DNA of 60,557 nucleotides from Candidatus Pacearchaeota archaeon (GCA_018304245.1 JAGVWO010000005.1:1-60557), one strand, 5' to 3'; positions 18,073-27,971 are shown, counted from the first letter of the stretch. The notes: generated by a model from the letters alone, not told the origin. Numbers and translations: made by a program.

Positions 18073-19833
18073 TTATTTTCCCAAGCCTATTGTTTTAACT
18101 CTTGTTTGCATTTTAAACAAACTAATTATTTCATCTGTGTCTGTTGCATCTTCTGGATTTTTATCACGAACCCATCCTTGAATTCTTGGGAATCTTAATG
18201 CATAACCAATATCTCCGCCTTTTCTTTTTCCGGCAGTGTGAATTGGGCTTTTTGTAATTTCATCTGCCATCACTGTAAAAACATATTTTGGTGAGCAATA
18301 AACATCTGGTTCAATTATTGTATCAACTCTTGCAGGTTTTCTTTCAACTCTAAGTTTATCAAGCATTTTTCTAATTTCAACCCATTTTTCTTCACTTAAA
18401 CCTGAACCAATTTTTGCGAGACTCTTGAATGTGTCTTCTTTTTTATCATAAGCTGCACCAAGTAATGCCCCTATTCCAAATTTGGCCCGCATTCCCTTTC
18501 CCTTAAAATATCCAATAATAACTAAATCGACAGTATCTTTTAATTCCCCCTTATAACTCCTCTTTAATTTTATCCAATTGAAATTTCTTCCACCTGCCTG
18601 ATATGGTGAATCTAAACGTTTAGCCATTATTCCTTCTGTTCCTTTCTCAATATTTTCCTCAAAGAATTTCTCTACTTTTTTTGGATCATCAGTAATTATT
18701 TTTTCGGCTTCACGAATAGTGAATCCTTTCTTGATTATTTTTGCAAGTTTCTCTTTTCTAATTAGATAGGGTTCTCCAGTAAAATCCTTACCATCGAGAT
18801 AAAGTAAATCAAATGAAAACAAAACTAATGGTTTGTCTTTTGCTGATGCCTCAATATCATATTTTCTTTTTCTAGTGATTGTGACTTGAAATGGAAAAAA
18901 TTCTCCTGTTTCTTCATTAAATGCAACTGCTTCACCTTCTCCAATTGCAGATTTTGCTTTAATTTGTTCTTTTATTCCCTTAACTAAATCTGGAAACATG
19001 TGTGTCATTCTTTCAAGATTCCGAGAAAATATTTCAACATTGTTATTTTCTAAGTGCCATTGTATTCTTAATCCATCATATTTTGTTTCAATTGCACATT
19101 TTCCGATTTTTTTAATAATCTCTTCTGAATTTGGAAGTCTTTCTGCCAATGCCATTCTAATTGGGGAAAATACCTTGGCCTTAAAATCTTTTATTCCTTT
19201 TTCTCCTTTTTCATATAATGTCTTTGCAACCAACCCTAAATCAGAACATAAATTGTATGCTTTTTCTATTTCTCCCCTTAATGTTCTATCTTCTCTGAAA
19301 ACTTTACTAAGCGAATCCATAATTGTTGGATCGCCAACGCCCAATCTTAAACTTCCTAAAACAAATCTAATAATATATTTTGCATCTTTTCCCTGCACAC
19401 TGATAAGTAGGCCTGTAAGCATCTCAATTTTTCTTGAAGAACTCCCTTCTCCAGATGTTTTTGCTATTTTTGATAATGATTGGTAGACTTCATCAATTGT
19501 GGGGGCTTTTGGTTTAAACAAAACCGCTATTTTTTTTGATAAAACCTCTTCTGCAACTAATCCAAAATCTCCTTTTTTCTTGTAAAGTTGCTCAATTTTT
19601 TCTTGAGAAGTATTTGATGCTTTTGCTATGGCTTTTTCGACCATCTTTTCAGCTAATCCTAATTCTAATCCATAAAAACTTGGAAGAATATGCTCTTGTA
19701 ATAAATAAATTATTTTGTCTATTTCCTCTTTATTCGTTTCTTTTAAAAGATCACTTAAAATATCAAACATTTCCAACCTTTTTGTCGTGGCCTCAAGCCT
19801 TTCAAAAGTTTCTGTTAATTGTGAAAAAAGCAT
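18073..19833 (-). CDS. lig: ATP-dependent DNA ligase
   Basis: 586 aa. Adenylation motif I AIETKYDGLRIQ (KxDG), EGIMAKRLDSPYQAGGR, and the WIKLK motif. Confidence 0.9.
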   Translation of the reverse strand: MLFSQLTETFERLEATTKRLEMFDILSDLLKETNKEEIDKIIYLLQEHILPSFYGLELGLAEKMVEKAIAKASNTSQEKIEQLYKKKGDFGLVAEEVLSKKIAVLFKPKAPTIDEVYQSLSKIAKTSGEGSSSRKIEMLTGLLISVQGKDAKYIIRFVLGSLRLGVGDPTIMDSLSKVFREDRTLRGEIEKAYNLCSDLGLVAKTLYEKGEKGIKDFKAKVFSPIRMALAERLPNSEEIIKKIGKCAIETKYDGLRIQWHLENNNVEIFSRNLERMTHMFPDLVKGIKEQIKAKSAIGEGEAVAFNEETGEFFPFQVTITRKRKYDIEASAKDKPLVLFSFDLLYLDGKDFTGEPYLIRKEKLAKIIKKGFTIREAEKIITDDPKKVEKFFEENIEKGTEGIMAKRLDSPYQAGGRNFNWIKLKRSYKGELKDTVDLVIIGYFKGKGMRAKFGIGALLGAAYDKKEDTFKSLAKIGSGLSEEKWVEIRKMLDKLRVERKPARVDTIIEPDVYCSPKYVFTVMADEITKSPIHTAGKRKGGDIGYALRFPRIQGWVRDKNPEDATDTDEIISLFKMQTRVKTIGLGK

Positions 19834-19917
19834 ATTTTACTGAGGGGCGTTTGGTTTTTAATATTTACTATCTCTTTCTTGGGAAACATTTTTATATAAC
19901 TTAAAATTAAATTAAAC

Positions 19918-20295
19918 ATGGAATTGGATAAGGCAATCGAAAAAAGAAGATATGTTCTAATTATCTGTAATGAAATTTCTTTGTTAAAAAAAGGATATGG
20001 GGGCTTTGCAGAGACCTATTGCAAACAGCAAGCAGGAGCAGCAATTCAAAATATGTTATTAAAAATTACAGAAAAAGGTTTGGCAGGTTGTTGGATTGGT
20101 GCATTTGAAGAAGAAGAAATAAAAAGAATTCTGAAAATACCAGACAATATAAGGGTAGAAGCTCTTCTTCCAATTGCAATACCCTTCCCTAAATTGAAAA
20201 TTCCGGAAAAAAGAAAACCTGATTTGAAAAATATTTCTTTCTTTAACACCTGGGGTAAAAAATATACTGAAAAAAGACCAATGCCTGCATTGTAA
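19918..20295 (+). CDS. nitroreductase-family remnant (N-terminal FMN-binding segment apparently deleted in frame)
   Basis: The C-terminal two thirds look like a nitroreductase (AGAAIQNMLLKITEKGLAGCWIGAF...IPDNIRVEALLPIAIP). However, MELDKAIEKRR runs directly into the mid-protein strand YVLIICNE, skipping the usual RS[VI]RKF...P[ST]..N.QPW region. Confidence 0.5.
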   Translation: MELDKAIEKRRYVLIICNEISLLKKGYGGFAETYCKQQAGAAIQNMLLKITEKGLAGCWIGAFEEEEIKRILKIPDNIRVEALLPIAIPFPKLKIPEKRKPDLKNISFFNTWGKKYTEKRPMPAL

Positions 20296-20368
20296 TTATT
20301 CTAAGATTATATTAAATTCAGTACAATAAAATTTAAAAAGTACAAGCGGGTATCCAATTTAATAAAAA

Positions 20369-21028
20369 ATGGTGCTTAACAAACAAGAACTTATTTCAGG
20401 AATGTTAAAATATAATACTCCTGAGAGAAAGATAGAATATCTTGAAGTCGAAATTCGAAAAGGGCTTTCTCAAGAATTAAAAAAAGATGCGTGTGTTCTG
20501 ATCGCACAATTATATGAATCAAAAAAATGGTGGGGAAATTCTGCAAAAAATTATCAAATTGCGGCAGATTTGGCTGTATTAATCCCTGAAAAAATGAATC
20601 TGTTATTCAAAACTGGTGAACTGTATATGATGGCAGAAGATTATTTTAGTTCTGATGATTATTTTAGAAGGGCGATGGGTCAGGCCTCTTCCAGAGAAAG
20701 GGCAGATATGCAAAAGAAAATATTCTCTATGTATTTATCAATGGCTCAACAATACGAGTCAACTAAAAATAACACTAAAGCAATTACAATTTACAATAGG
20801 ATTTTATCATTGCCAGGGTATCCATTTTCAGAATGTCAAAAAATCAGAGATAAATTAATTGTTCTTTATGAAAAAATTGGAAAACCCTTTGAAGCAAACC
20901 AAATAAGGAGTCATATTAAAAATCAAGATGCAATGGCAGAAAAAGCAAAACAAGATGCAAGGCAAAGATTAGAAGAAGCAAAACAACAAAAATCTAATGA
21001 TGGTTTTTATGAAATTGATTTTGGTTAA
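20369..21028 (+). CDS. hypothetical helical-repeat (TPR-like) protein with Lys/Gln-rich C-terminus
   Basis: 219-aa ORF, predicted all-helical with repeated A..Y/F..A spacing. No family recognised. Confidence 0.4.
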   Translation: MVLNKQELISGMLKYNTPERKIEYLEVEIRKGLSQELKKDACVLIAQLYESKKWWGNSAKNYQIAADLAVLIPEKMNLLFKTGELYMMAEDYFSSDDYFRRAMGQASSRERADMQKKIFSMYLSMAQQYESTKNNTKAITIYNRILSLPGYPFSECQKIRDKLIVLYEKIGKPFEANQIRSHIKNQDAMAEKAKQDARQRLEEAKQQKSNDGFYEIDFG

Positions 21029-21057
21029 TTTAAAATTCTTTTAAAATATTTTTATCC

Positions 21058-21630
21058 CTAAGTCCAATATAATTTTTTAGAATCATATCTAAAATGTTCT
21101 TCTGCAACATTCAAAAGGGCCTTTGTTGAAACTATATGTGGTGCATTTGCAAATCTTCCTCTTTTTGATATCCAAACAGATTTTCTTATTGCGTGATCAT
21201 ACACAAAAACATTCCAACCATATGATTCATAGAAACTTTTTACTTCATCTACTTGGGTTTTTTTTCTTTCATGAAATTCTATAACATTTAAATCTGGATA
21301 AAATTCCCCTTCAGATTTTCCCTCTGGACTAAATAAATGTCTTGAAGAATTTATCAAACCATACACTTTTCCAACCTTCGTCATCTGTTGGTATAAAAAT
21401 AAATTTCTAAAAATTTTTGTTTTTTCTTTTGTTAATCCAAAATCTTGAACATCTGGTGTCTTCTTATAATTTTCATATTTTGGATCAAAAATTACAAAAG
21501 AATTATAATCTTTTATTGTCATTTCCGTATAAATCTTTGCAACTTCTTCTGCAAATTTTCCCTTATAGATTTCTCCTGGAATGCAAAATAAAAAAATTGA
21601 ATTTCTCTTAGCCATAAAATTTCTGTACAA
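21058..21630 (-). CDS. hypothetical protein
   Basis: 190-aa ORF with no recognisable motif. The start may be Met6 (MAKRNS...). Confidence 0.4.
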   Translation of the reverse strand: MYRNFMAKRNSIFLFCIPGEIYKGKFAEEVAKIYTEMTIKDYNSFVIFDPKYENYKKTPDVQDFGLTKEKTKIFRNLFLYQQMTKVGKVYGLINSSRHLFSPEGKSEGEFYPDLNVIEFHERKKTQVDEVKSFYESYGWNVFVYDHAIRKSVWISKRGRFANAPHIVSTKALLNVAEEHFRYDSKKLYWT

Positions 21631-21682
21631 AGAACATACTTAAGTCTTTGGAATCTCAGAGCTCTCGCTTAATATTAATTAA

Positions 21683-21701
21683 GCCGGCCTTGAGGGCCGG
21701 C
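21683..21701. other. GC-only hairpin GCCGGCC-ttgag-GGCCGGC in an AT-rich spacer
   Basis: Perfect 7-bp G/C stem read directly from the sequence. It lies about 50 nt upstream of the start of the 21058-21630 gene. Confidence 0.4.
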
Positions 21702-21854
21702 CAGAAATCTATTATTTCTTTAAAGGCTAAGGGGAATATAAATTAGATAAGTTAATTAAATGATCTTGTTGATAATCGAATAAGTTTCCACCATCTGCCT
21801 CTTTTTTACATAAATTATTAGAAAATAGTATTAATAAATGTTTCTGGAATTGTA

Positions 21855-21882
21855 TTTTTATACACATTCGTGTGTATAAAAA
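21855..21882. other. perfect 12-bp hairpin TTTTTATACACA-ttcg-TGTGTATAAAAA
   Basis: Inverted repeat with a 4-nt loop (UUCG on the plus strand, CGAA on the minus strand), read directly from the sequence. Confidence 0.4.
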
Positions 21883-21940
21883 AATTAAAAGAAAAAATTT
21901 TCTGGATATTCAAAAATTAAAAGAAAAAATAAAAAGCAAA

Positions 21941-21954
21941 GGGGCTTTCGCCCC
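21941..21954 (-). terminator. candidate ftsZ terminator hairpin (GGGGC-gaaa-GCCCC on the minus strand) followed by a T-rich tract
   Basis: It starts about 10 nt after the ftsZ stop codon. On the transcribed strand the stem is followed by TTTGCTTTTTATTTTTTCTTTT. Confidence 0.45.
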
Positions 21955-21963
21955 CTTAGCAAT

Positions 21964-23043
21964 TTATCTGTAGAAGTCTACACCGATGTCAGCCATGTGG
22001 CCGCTTGATGCGTAAACGTCTTCTCTCTTTTGAGATCCAAGGACATATGGAGATTTAACACCAGTTATGATGGTAATAACTCTTACTCTTCCTTTGAAAT
22101 CTCTGTTGATTCTTGCTCCAATGATAACTTGTGCATCTGGACTCAAGTTTTCAGTAATTAATTGACCAATGTTGTTCAATTCTTCTAACTTCAAGTCTTC
22201 ACCACAAATTACGTGGATCAATGAACCTGTTGCACCCTTATAGTCGATGTCCAATAATGGATGACTCAAAGCTTGCTTTACAGCTTCTTCAACTCTGTTT
22301 TGAGTGTCGCTTTCTCCGATACCGATTACTGCAACATCTCCGTTCTTCATAATTGAAGAAACGTCTGCATAATCTAGGTTGATCAAAGATGGAATTGTAA
22401 TTGTTTCTACAATACCTTTAATCATTGTTGCAATTAATTCATTTGCAACTGCGAAAGCTTGTTCAACTGGCAAGTTACCTGCGATATCAACTAGTCTGTT
22501 GTTATCGATTACGATTACTGTGTCAGCTGCTTCTCTCAACTGTTGTAAACCAAATTCAGCTTTTTCGATTCTTGCTCTTTCTGTTTCGAAAGGCATTGTG
22601 ACAACTCCGATTGTTACTGCACCTACTTCTTTTGAAAGTTGTGCAACAACTGGTGCAGAACCTGTTCCTGTTCCCCCACCCATACCTGCAACCAAGAATA
22701 CCATATCTGCGCCGGAGACTGCTCTTTTCAAGTCGACCATTGCTTCTTTAGCTGCTTCTCTACCTTTTTCAGGGTAACCACCACATCCTAATCCTCTAGT
22801 TAATTCCTTTCCGATTAAGATTTTTTCGTCTGCTTTACATACACTCAAATGAAGTGCGTCTGTATTTGCTGCGAAAACGGTTGCTCCCGTAATTCCTTTA
22901 TTATATAGCCATGTGATTGCGTTACATCCAGCACCACCAAGTCCGATAACTTTAATGCTTGCTTTTCCTGCTTTAAGTTCTTCGAAGTTGATACCGTATT
23001 TGCCTACGCCTTCAATAGCTTCTTTTGCAAAATCTAATGCCAT
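21964..23043 (-). CDS. ftsZ: cell division GTPase FtsZ
   Basis: Tubulin/FtsZ signature VAGMGGGTGTGSAPVVA, N-terminal GLGGAGCNA, NTDALHL. Confidence 0.95.
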   Translation of the reverse strand: MALDFAKEAIEGVGKYGINFEELKAGKASIKVIGLGGAGCNAITWLYNKGITGATVFAANTDALHLSVCKADEKILIGKELTRGLGCGGYPEKGREAAKEAMVDLKRAVSGADMVFLVAGMGGGTGTGSAPVVAQLSKEVGAVTIGVVTMPFETERARIEKAEFGLQQLREAADTVIVIDNNRLVDIAGNLPVEQAFAVANELIATMIKGIVETITIPSLINLDYADVSSIMKNGDVAVIGIGESDTQNRVEEAVKQALSHPLLDIDYKGATGSLIHVICGEDLKLEELNNIGQLITENLSPDAQVIIGARINRDFKGRVRVITIITGVKSPYVLGSQKREDVYASSGHMADIGVDFYR

Positions 23044-23392
23044 TTTTTCCTCTGTTTTTTATTTATTTTATTTTAGTAAGCGCCATAAAATTAGAAATCT
23101 TTAAATACTAATCCTATGTGCTTTAAGTTAAAGAAAAAGAGAGATAACTTTTAGTTATTTTTCAATAAGAACTCATTTCCCCCGATTGTATTGCCTTAAT
23201 TAAATTAAAGCATTGATTCTTCCTTTAAAAATATTTGCCTTTTAATAAATCTCTTAATTTTTGCAGAAATTTCTGATGATACTAAAAAACAGAAAACTGT
23301 TTTTGGTATCCCGAAATCAGAAAAGATTTCGTGATTTTTAAAAATATTAAAAAAATAACAAAAACAGAATTCAATATAAAATTAAAATAATT

Positions 23393-23758
23393 TTAATTCT
23401 GCTTTTTATGTAAAAAGACACCGTGTTTCCAAAGCAATTTATCTGGATTGAATAATTCTCTTTGCTCTTGGACTTTTTTCATTGCATTAAATGCTGGAAG
23501 ATCCATTGCAACAAATGCACCGGTTTTTGAATCGAGAAGTTTTGATTCAATAAATCCAATGAATGTATTGAAATCATCTGCAGGATATTCTTTGCATTGT
23601 TCATCGAAATTTAAAACACCACTGCCTTTATCCAAATTCCATTGTTTAAATTTTTCTGCATATAACAAAAACACAGATTTTTCTTTCAAACCCGTTAGCT
23701 CTGGGACAGAAACAAGCAAATAAGATGCTTCTGGAAGTGTTCTTTCAGGATATACCAT
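23393..23758 (-). CDS. hypothetical protein
   Basis: 121-aa ORF, no motif recognised. Confidence 0.4.
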   Translation of the reverse strand: MVYPERTLPEASYLLVSVPELTGLKEKSVFLLYAEKFKQWNLDKGSGVLNFDEQCKEYPADDFNTFIGFIESKLLDSKTGAFVAMDLPAFNAMKKVQEQRELFNPDKLLWKHGVFLHKKQN

Positions 23759-23893
23759 TTTTACCTCGTTTTTTTATTTAATATGAATCATTTACTCTAA
23801 TTATTTGAAAAAATTCTTTATAAATATTTTGATAGTTTAGTATACACTAGATAAATAAGAAAGTTTTTTATATGAAATAAAAGTAGTTAATAT

Positions 23894-25336
23894 ATGAAGA
23901 AAGTGGTGAAATTAAAGAAAGTTGAGAAAACAAAAACCCAAGAAATTCAGAAAATTTCTGGGTCCCGAAATTTCAAAGAAATTTCGAGGCTTGCAAAAAA
24001 ATCAAATTTGGATTATTCTATTGGGGATAAGATAAATGTAATTGCAGATAAAGAATATGATGGAATCGTCTTTGAATCCTACGATCCTAAAATTATCCTT
24101 ATAAAATTAAAAAGTGGATATAATGTTGGTGTAGAAAAATCGAAAATAAAACAAATTAAAATTCTTGAAAAAGCAAAAATAAAACCTGAAATGAAAATAA
24201 AAACCCACGGAAACAAAGTTTCCGGGGCGCAGAAAGCAAGGCTTTCTAGCGAAGTCCCTTATAATCCAAACTTGAAAAAAATTATTGTTTTACATACTGG
24301 TGGAACAATTGCATCTAAATTAGATTATCAGTCTGGTGGGGTTGTTGCTAAATTTTCTGCAGAAGATTTAATCGAAATGGTCCCTGAGATTGCAAAAATT
24401 GCAAATATTGAAACAGAATTAATCTCAAATTTTATGTCAGAAGATATGATGTTTTCAGATTATCAAAAAATAATTTCTGCGATTAAGAAACACGAACACA
24501 AATGCGATGGAATAATTATTGGACATGGAACAGATACCCTTGGATATACTTCTGCGGCATTAGCTTTTGCATGTCAAGATATTAACATTCCAATTATATT
24601 AATTGGAAGCCAGAGAAGTTCTGACAGAGGTAGTAGTGATGCTAATTCAAATTTATTATCTGCAGCAACATTTATCGCAAAATCAGATTTTGTTGGTGTT
24701 GCTATTTGTATGCACAATTTGAGTAGCGATGATATTTGTGCAATCTTGCCTCCAACAAAAACAAGAAAAATGCACACAACCAGAAGAGATGCATTCAAGG
24801 CAATTAATGATACACCTATTGCTTTAGTTAATTCTAGAAATGGAGAAATTTTATATTTTAAAAATCATGATAAAAAAACAGGGCATGGAAAGGGAATATT
24901 TTTAGATAAATTTGATGAGGGTGTTGGCTTATTAAAAACCCATCCAAATATGAAAAATTCTTTGTTTGAATTCTATACAAAAAATTACAAGGCAATTGTC
25001 ATTGAAGCAACTGGATTGGGACATACACCAACAAATCTTGGAAAAAATCTGAAAAATTATGAAACTCTAAAAAAATTTATCAAGAAAGGGGGAATCGTTG
25101 CAATAACTTCTCAATGTATTTATGGACGAGTCAATCAATATGTTTATACAAACCTTAGAAGATTGTCAGATATTGGCTGTATTTTCTGCGGAGACATGCT
25201 CTCTGAAACAGCATTCATAAAACTTTCCTGGCTTTTAGGAAATTACAAAAAAGATGAAGCGCAAAAATTACTTATCCGAAACTTGCGTGGAGAACTTAAT
25301 GAAAAAAGTTTGTATAAAGAAGATTTTGTAGAATAA
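23894..25336 (+). CDS. gatD: Glu-tRNA(Gln) amidotransferase subunit D (asparaginase-fold)
   Basis: N-terminal GatD-type domain (LKSGYNVGV). Asparaginase motifs VLHTGGTIAS and IIGHGTDTLGYTSAAL. Confidence 0.85.
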   Translation: MKKVVKLKKVEKTKTQEIQKISGSRNFKEISRLAKKSNLDYSIGDKINVIADKEYDGIVFESYDPKIILIKLKSGYNVGVEKSKIKQIKILEKAKIKPEMKIKTHGNKVSGAQKARLSSEVPYNPNLKKIIVLHTGGTIASKLDYQSGGVVAKFSAEDLIEMVPEIAKIANIETELISNFMSEDMMFSDYQKIISAIKKHEHKCDGIIIGHGTDTLGYTSAALAFACQDINIPIILIGSQRSSDRGSSDANSNLLSAATFIAKSDFVGVAICMHNLSSDDICAILPPTKTRKMHTTRRDAFKAINDTPIALVNSRNGEILYFKNHDKKTGHGKGIFLDKFDEGVGLLKTHPNMKNSLFEFYTKNYKAIVIEATGLGHTPTNLGKNLKNYETLKKFIKKGGIVAITSQCIYGRVNQYVYTNLRRLSDIGCIFCGDMLSETAFIKLSWLLGNYKKDEAQKLLIRNLRGELNEKSLYKEDFVE

Positions 25337-25343
25337 AAATAAA

Positions 25344-25676
25344 ATGGAATATCTTATTATCTTGGCATTGTTTTTATTTAGTGCAATTATCTTAGAATAC
25401 CAATTTCATATTCATCTTTATAATTCTCGAAAAGAAAGAATACTAATACCGTTAATATTTCTTGTTGCCGGAACTGCCTGGGATAGCTTTGCTATATGGC
25501 GTGGGCACTGGTCCTTTCAAGGTCCTGGATTGATTGGAATTGAAATTGGTTTAATGCCCTTAGAAGAATATCTTTTTTTATTGATAATCCCTTTTTGGAT
25601 TATAACAATATACAAATTATTGGATAAAAAATTAAATTATAAAAAACAAAAACATGACAATAAAAATAGATTATAA
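25344..25676 (+). CDS. small membrane protein with lycopene-cyclase-domain-like features
   Basis: 110 aa with three hydrophobic helices and a PLEEYLF motif resembling the PxE(E/D) motif of CrtYc/CrtYd-type lycopene cyclase domains. Confidence 0.45.
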   Translation: MEYLIILALFLFSAIILEYQFHIHLYNSRKERILIPLIFLVAGTAWDSFAIWRGHWSFQGPGLIGIEIGLMPLEEYLFLLIIPFWIITIYKLLDKKLNYKKQKHDNKNRL

Positions 25677-25863
25677 AAAATGCTGTTGGCGCGATGGTAA
25701 ATGTTCTTCTTGCTCATGCGGGGGTAAATGTGTTGGTTGTGTTGAAGCTTGCCCTATTGGTGCATTAACTCGAAAAAAGAAATTAGAAGTAGATACTGAA
25801 AAATGCATTAATTGCGGTGCATGTGTTATCGCATGCAAGCATGGCGCGCTTTCTTTAGAATAA
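25654..25863 (+). CDS. 2x[4Fe-4S] ferredoxin
   Basis: CVGCVEACP and CINCGACVIAC cluster motifs. Overlaps the preceding gene by 23 nt. Confidence 0.8.
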   Translation: MTIKIDYKKCCWRDGKCSSCSCGGKCVGCVEACPIGALTRKKKLEVDTEKCINCGACVIACKHGALSLE

Positions 25864-25864
25864 A

Positions 25865-26356
25865 TTAATTATCGTCATCACCTTGTGTTTGTTGATGTAA
25901 TAAATTTTGATATTTCTCTTGCAATTCCTTAAAGAAATTTTTTAAGAAATCTGTATCTTGTATTTCTATTTGTTCTCCTTGAATTATTTTTTGAAGATTA
26001 AAATACATTGATTTAAACAAAGGGAGTATTCTTTCTTGGTCATTTATTATTTCTAAATTCACCTTCCCTGTTTGAGCAAAATATTTTAAGATTTCTAAAC
26101 CATCCCCATATAATTCCACACCTTCACTTGTTAAAGAAAAAATTTCTTCCTTAGATTTATCTCCACTAATTAATTTCGCACCACCTATTAATTTAGCAAC
26201 TAAGTCTGAACCACGCTTAAGAGTATCCGTCTCTGAATTATCTATTTTATTTCCTTCAGAATATTTAGACAAAACAGAAACCATTGTGTTTGATAACATA
26301 GCTATTGGGAAGGGGTTTACTTCCCTATTTGTTTTAACATAATCTGGTCCAACCAT
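25865..26356 (-). CDS. hypothetical protein (acidic C-terminus)
   Basis: 163-aa ORF, no motif recognised. Confidence 0.4.
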   Translation of the reverse strand: MVGPDYVKTNREVNPFPIAMLSNTMVSVLSKYSEGNKIDNSETDTLKRGSDLVAKLIGGAKLISGDKSKEEIFSLTSEGVELYGDGLEILKYFAQTGKVNLEIINDQERILPLFKSMYFNLQKIIQGEQIEIQDTDFLKNFFKELQEKYQNLLHQQTQGDDDN

Positions 26357-26432
26357 GCCTCTAATAAATTATTTAGATATTTAAGCATTATTGTACTAAA
26401 AGTCAAAGAAAATAAAAAAAAGAAAAAAGGAC

Positions 26433-27746
26433 CTAAAGTCCAATCAATCTGATTTTTTCACTTGTTGCTGAGAAGTTCTTTGCTGCAATTGCACTTACTC
26501 CAACTTGTTCTGCTGTAGCCAATAGTTTTGATGTAATTGTTCCATCAACAATCAAAACATCAATTCTCTTTCCTCTTCTATTGGATCCATACAAAGAAGT
26601 TACAACTTTTGCATAAGTTGTTTTTTCAAATGCTTCTATTTTTTTACCTTCTTTAACAGCAAACAATGCATGTTTGGTTCCATCAATTTCTTTGAAGAGT
26701 TTTTCTATTTCTTTTACATCAGAATCTGTTATCTTAACTTGTTCAAATGCAGTTGGTTGTGGTTGTTCTCGAGAGTAGTATGCTCCTCTTGAACTTGTTC
26801 TTTCTCCATTTCCTTCATTACTACTTGTTCCACGACTTGTTGGTCTTCTATCCTCATATGGCCTGTCCCTAGAATCTCGATTGCCGTATCCTCTAGAGTC
26901 TCCTGTTTCTCTTGAATTCAAATATTTATCAAGAAATTCAGATGCAGGCATTTTATTTCTTAAACAAGCTACTGCTTCTTTTTCAACAAGTTCTTCGACT
27001 TCTTTTCCATCTGGAGCCACTGCAACATTTTTGATTCTTATAGAACCAATTACGTTTTTTGCAATTAATAATCCGCCCCTGTCTCCATCAACAAAAAGAG
27101 TTACTTCTTTTTCCTTAGACATATCTGCGACAATCTTTGGAATTTTTGTTCCATTCATTGCAATTGCATTTTTTATTCCCGCCTTAAGAAGATTGACAAC
27201 GTCTGCTCTTCCTTCAACAACAATTATCTCATTGCTGATTTCTACGTCAGGACCTGCTGCTATTTTTTCATCTCCAATTTCTCTGACTCTTACTGTCTTT
27301 GAATGGTCAATAACAGATTGTTCCATTTCTCTTATTTCTGGAGTGCCTGAGCTTAATTTTTCCATTAATGCTTTGGCTCTTTCAAGAATAAAATCTCTCT
27401 TACTTGTTCTAACATCTTCGATTCCTTCTATTTCGAATTTTGCATCGCATGGTCCTACTCTGTCGATTGTTTCGACTGCTGCTGCAATTAATGTTGTTTC
27501 TGCTTTATCAATAGAAGTTGGAATAGTTACGATTCCTGTTGTCATGCTTTCTTTAACATCCATTTCTGCGTCTATTCTTCCTATCTTTCCTTTTTTTTGA
27601 AGTTCTCTTAATTCTAATTCTTCCCCAAGTAATCCTTCTGTCTGTCCGAAAATTGCACCTATTACATCTGGTTTTTCAACCATACCTGTAGCAGTGAACT
27701 TTGCCTTAATGACATACTTAATTGATGGGGGACTTACTTTTCCCAT
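26433..27746 (-). CDS. dnaG: archaeal DnaG (Toprim-domain primase-like / exosome-associated protein)
   Basis: Conserved archaeal DnaG N-terminus KYVIKAKFTATGMVEKPDVIGAIFGQTEGLLG. Toprim block IIVVEGRADVVNLLKAGIKNAIAMNGT...FVDGDRGG. Confidence 0.9.
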   Translation of the reverse strand: MGKVSPPSIKYVIKAKFTATGMVEKPDVIGAIFGQTEGLLGEELELRELQKKGKIGRIDAEMDVKESMTTGIVTIPTSIDKAETTLIAAAVETIDRVGPCDAKFEIEGIEDVRTSKRDFILERAKALMEKLSSGTPEIREMEQSVIDHSKTVRVREIGDEKIAAGPDVEISNEIIVVEGRADVVNLLKAGIKNAIAMNGTKIPKIVADMSKEKEVTLFVDGDRGGLLIAKNVIGSIRIKNVAVAPDGKEVEELVEKEAVACLRNKMPASEFLDKYLNSRETGDSRGYGNRDSRDRPYEDRRPTSRGTSSNEGNGERTSSRGAYYSREQPQPTAFEQVKITDSDVKEIEKLFKEIDGTKHALFAVKEGKKIEAFEKTTYAKVVTSLYGSNRRGKRIDVLIVDGTITSKLLATAEQVGVSAIAAKNFSATSEKIRLIGL

Positions 27747-27971
27747 TTTAATTTACCTCCTGTAAATTTTATCGCCGAAAATATTGGATTTTCTAGCGAA
27801 TTGATATTAATATCGAACAGAATTCATTTAGCCCATGATAGGCATAAGTATAATCCTGTGATACGTGATATTTGATATCAAGTGATTTAATTAATGATAT
27901 ATTACAAACTCTTCGAGGATATTTAAAGGTTTTGGATTGATGGGGGAATGTCGCAGATTCGGGAATCTTAA

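Noticed and set aside
23273-23279. C-box-like CTGATGA in the 349-bp spacer upstream of ftsZ, with nearby small inverted repeats. Considered as a C/D-box sRNA.
   Set aside because: No D box (CTGA) or C'/D' pair is present at appropriate spacing on either strand.
26881-27600. 239-aa ORF on the plus strand, and many similar 60-160-aa ORFs in the track (e.g. 13205-13537, 22379-22777, 42476-42931, 55260-55667).
   Set aside because: They lie antisense inside well-supported genes (dnaG, the surface protein, ftsZ, rad50, rpl31e). Their translations are low-complexity Ser/Phe/Ile/Leu-rich mirror images, typical of AT-rich antisense frames.
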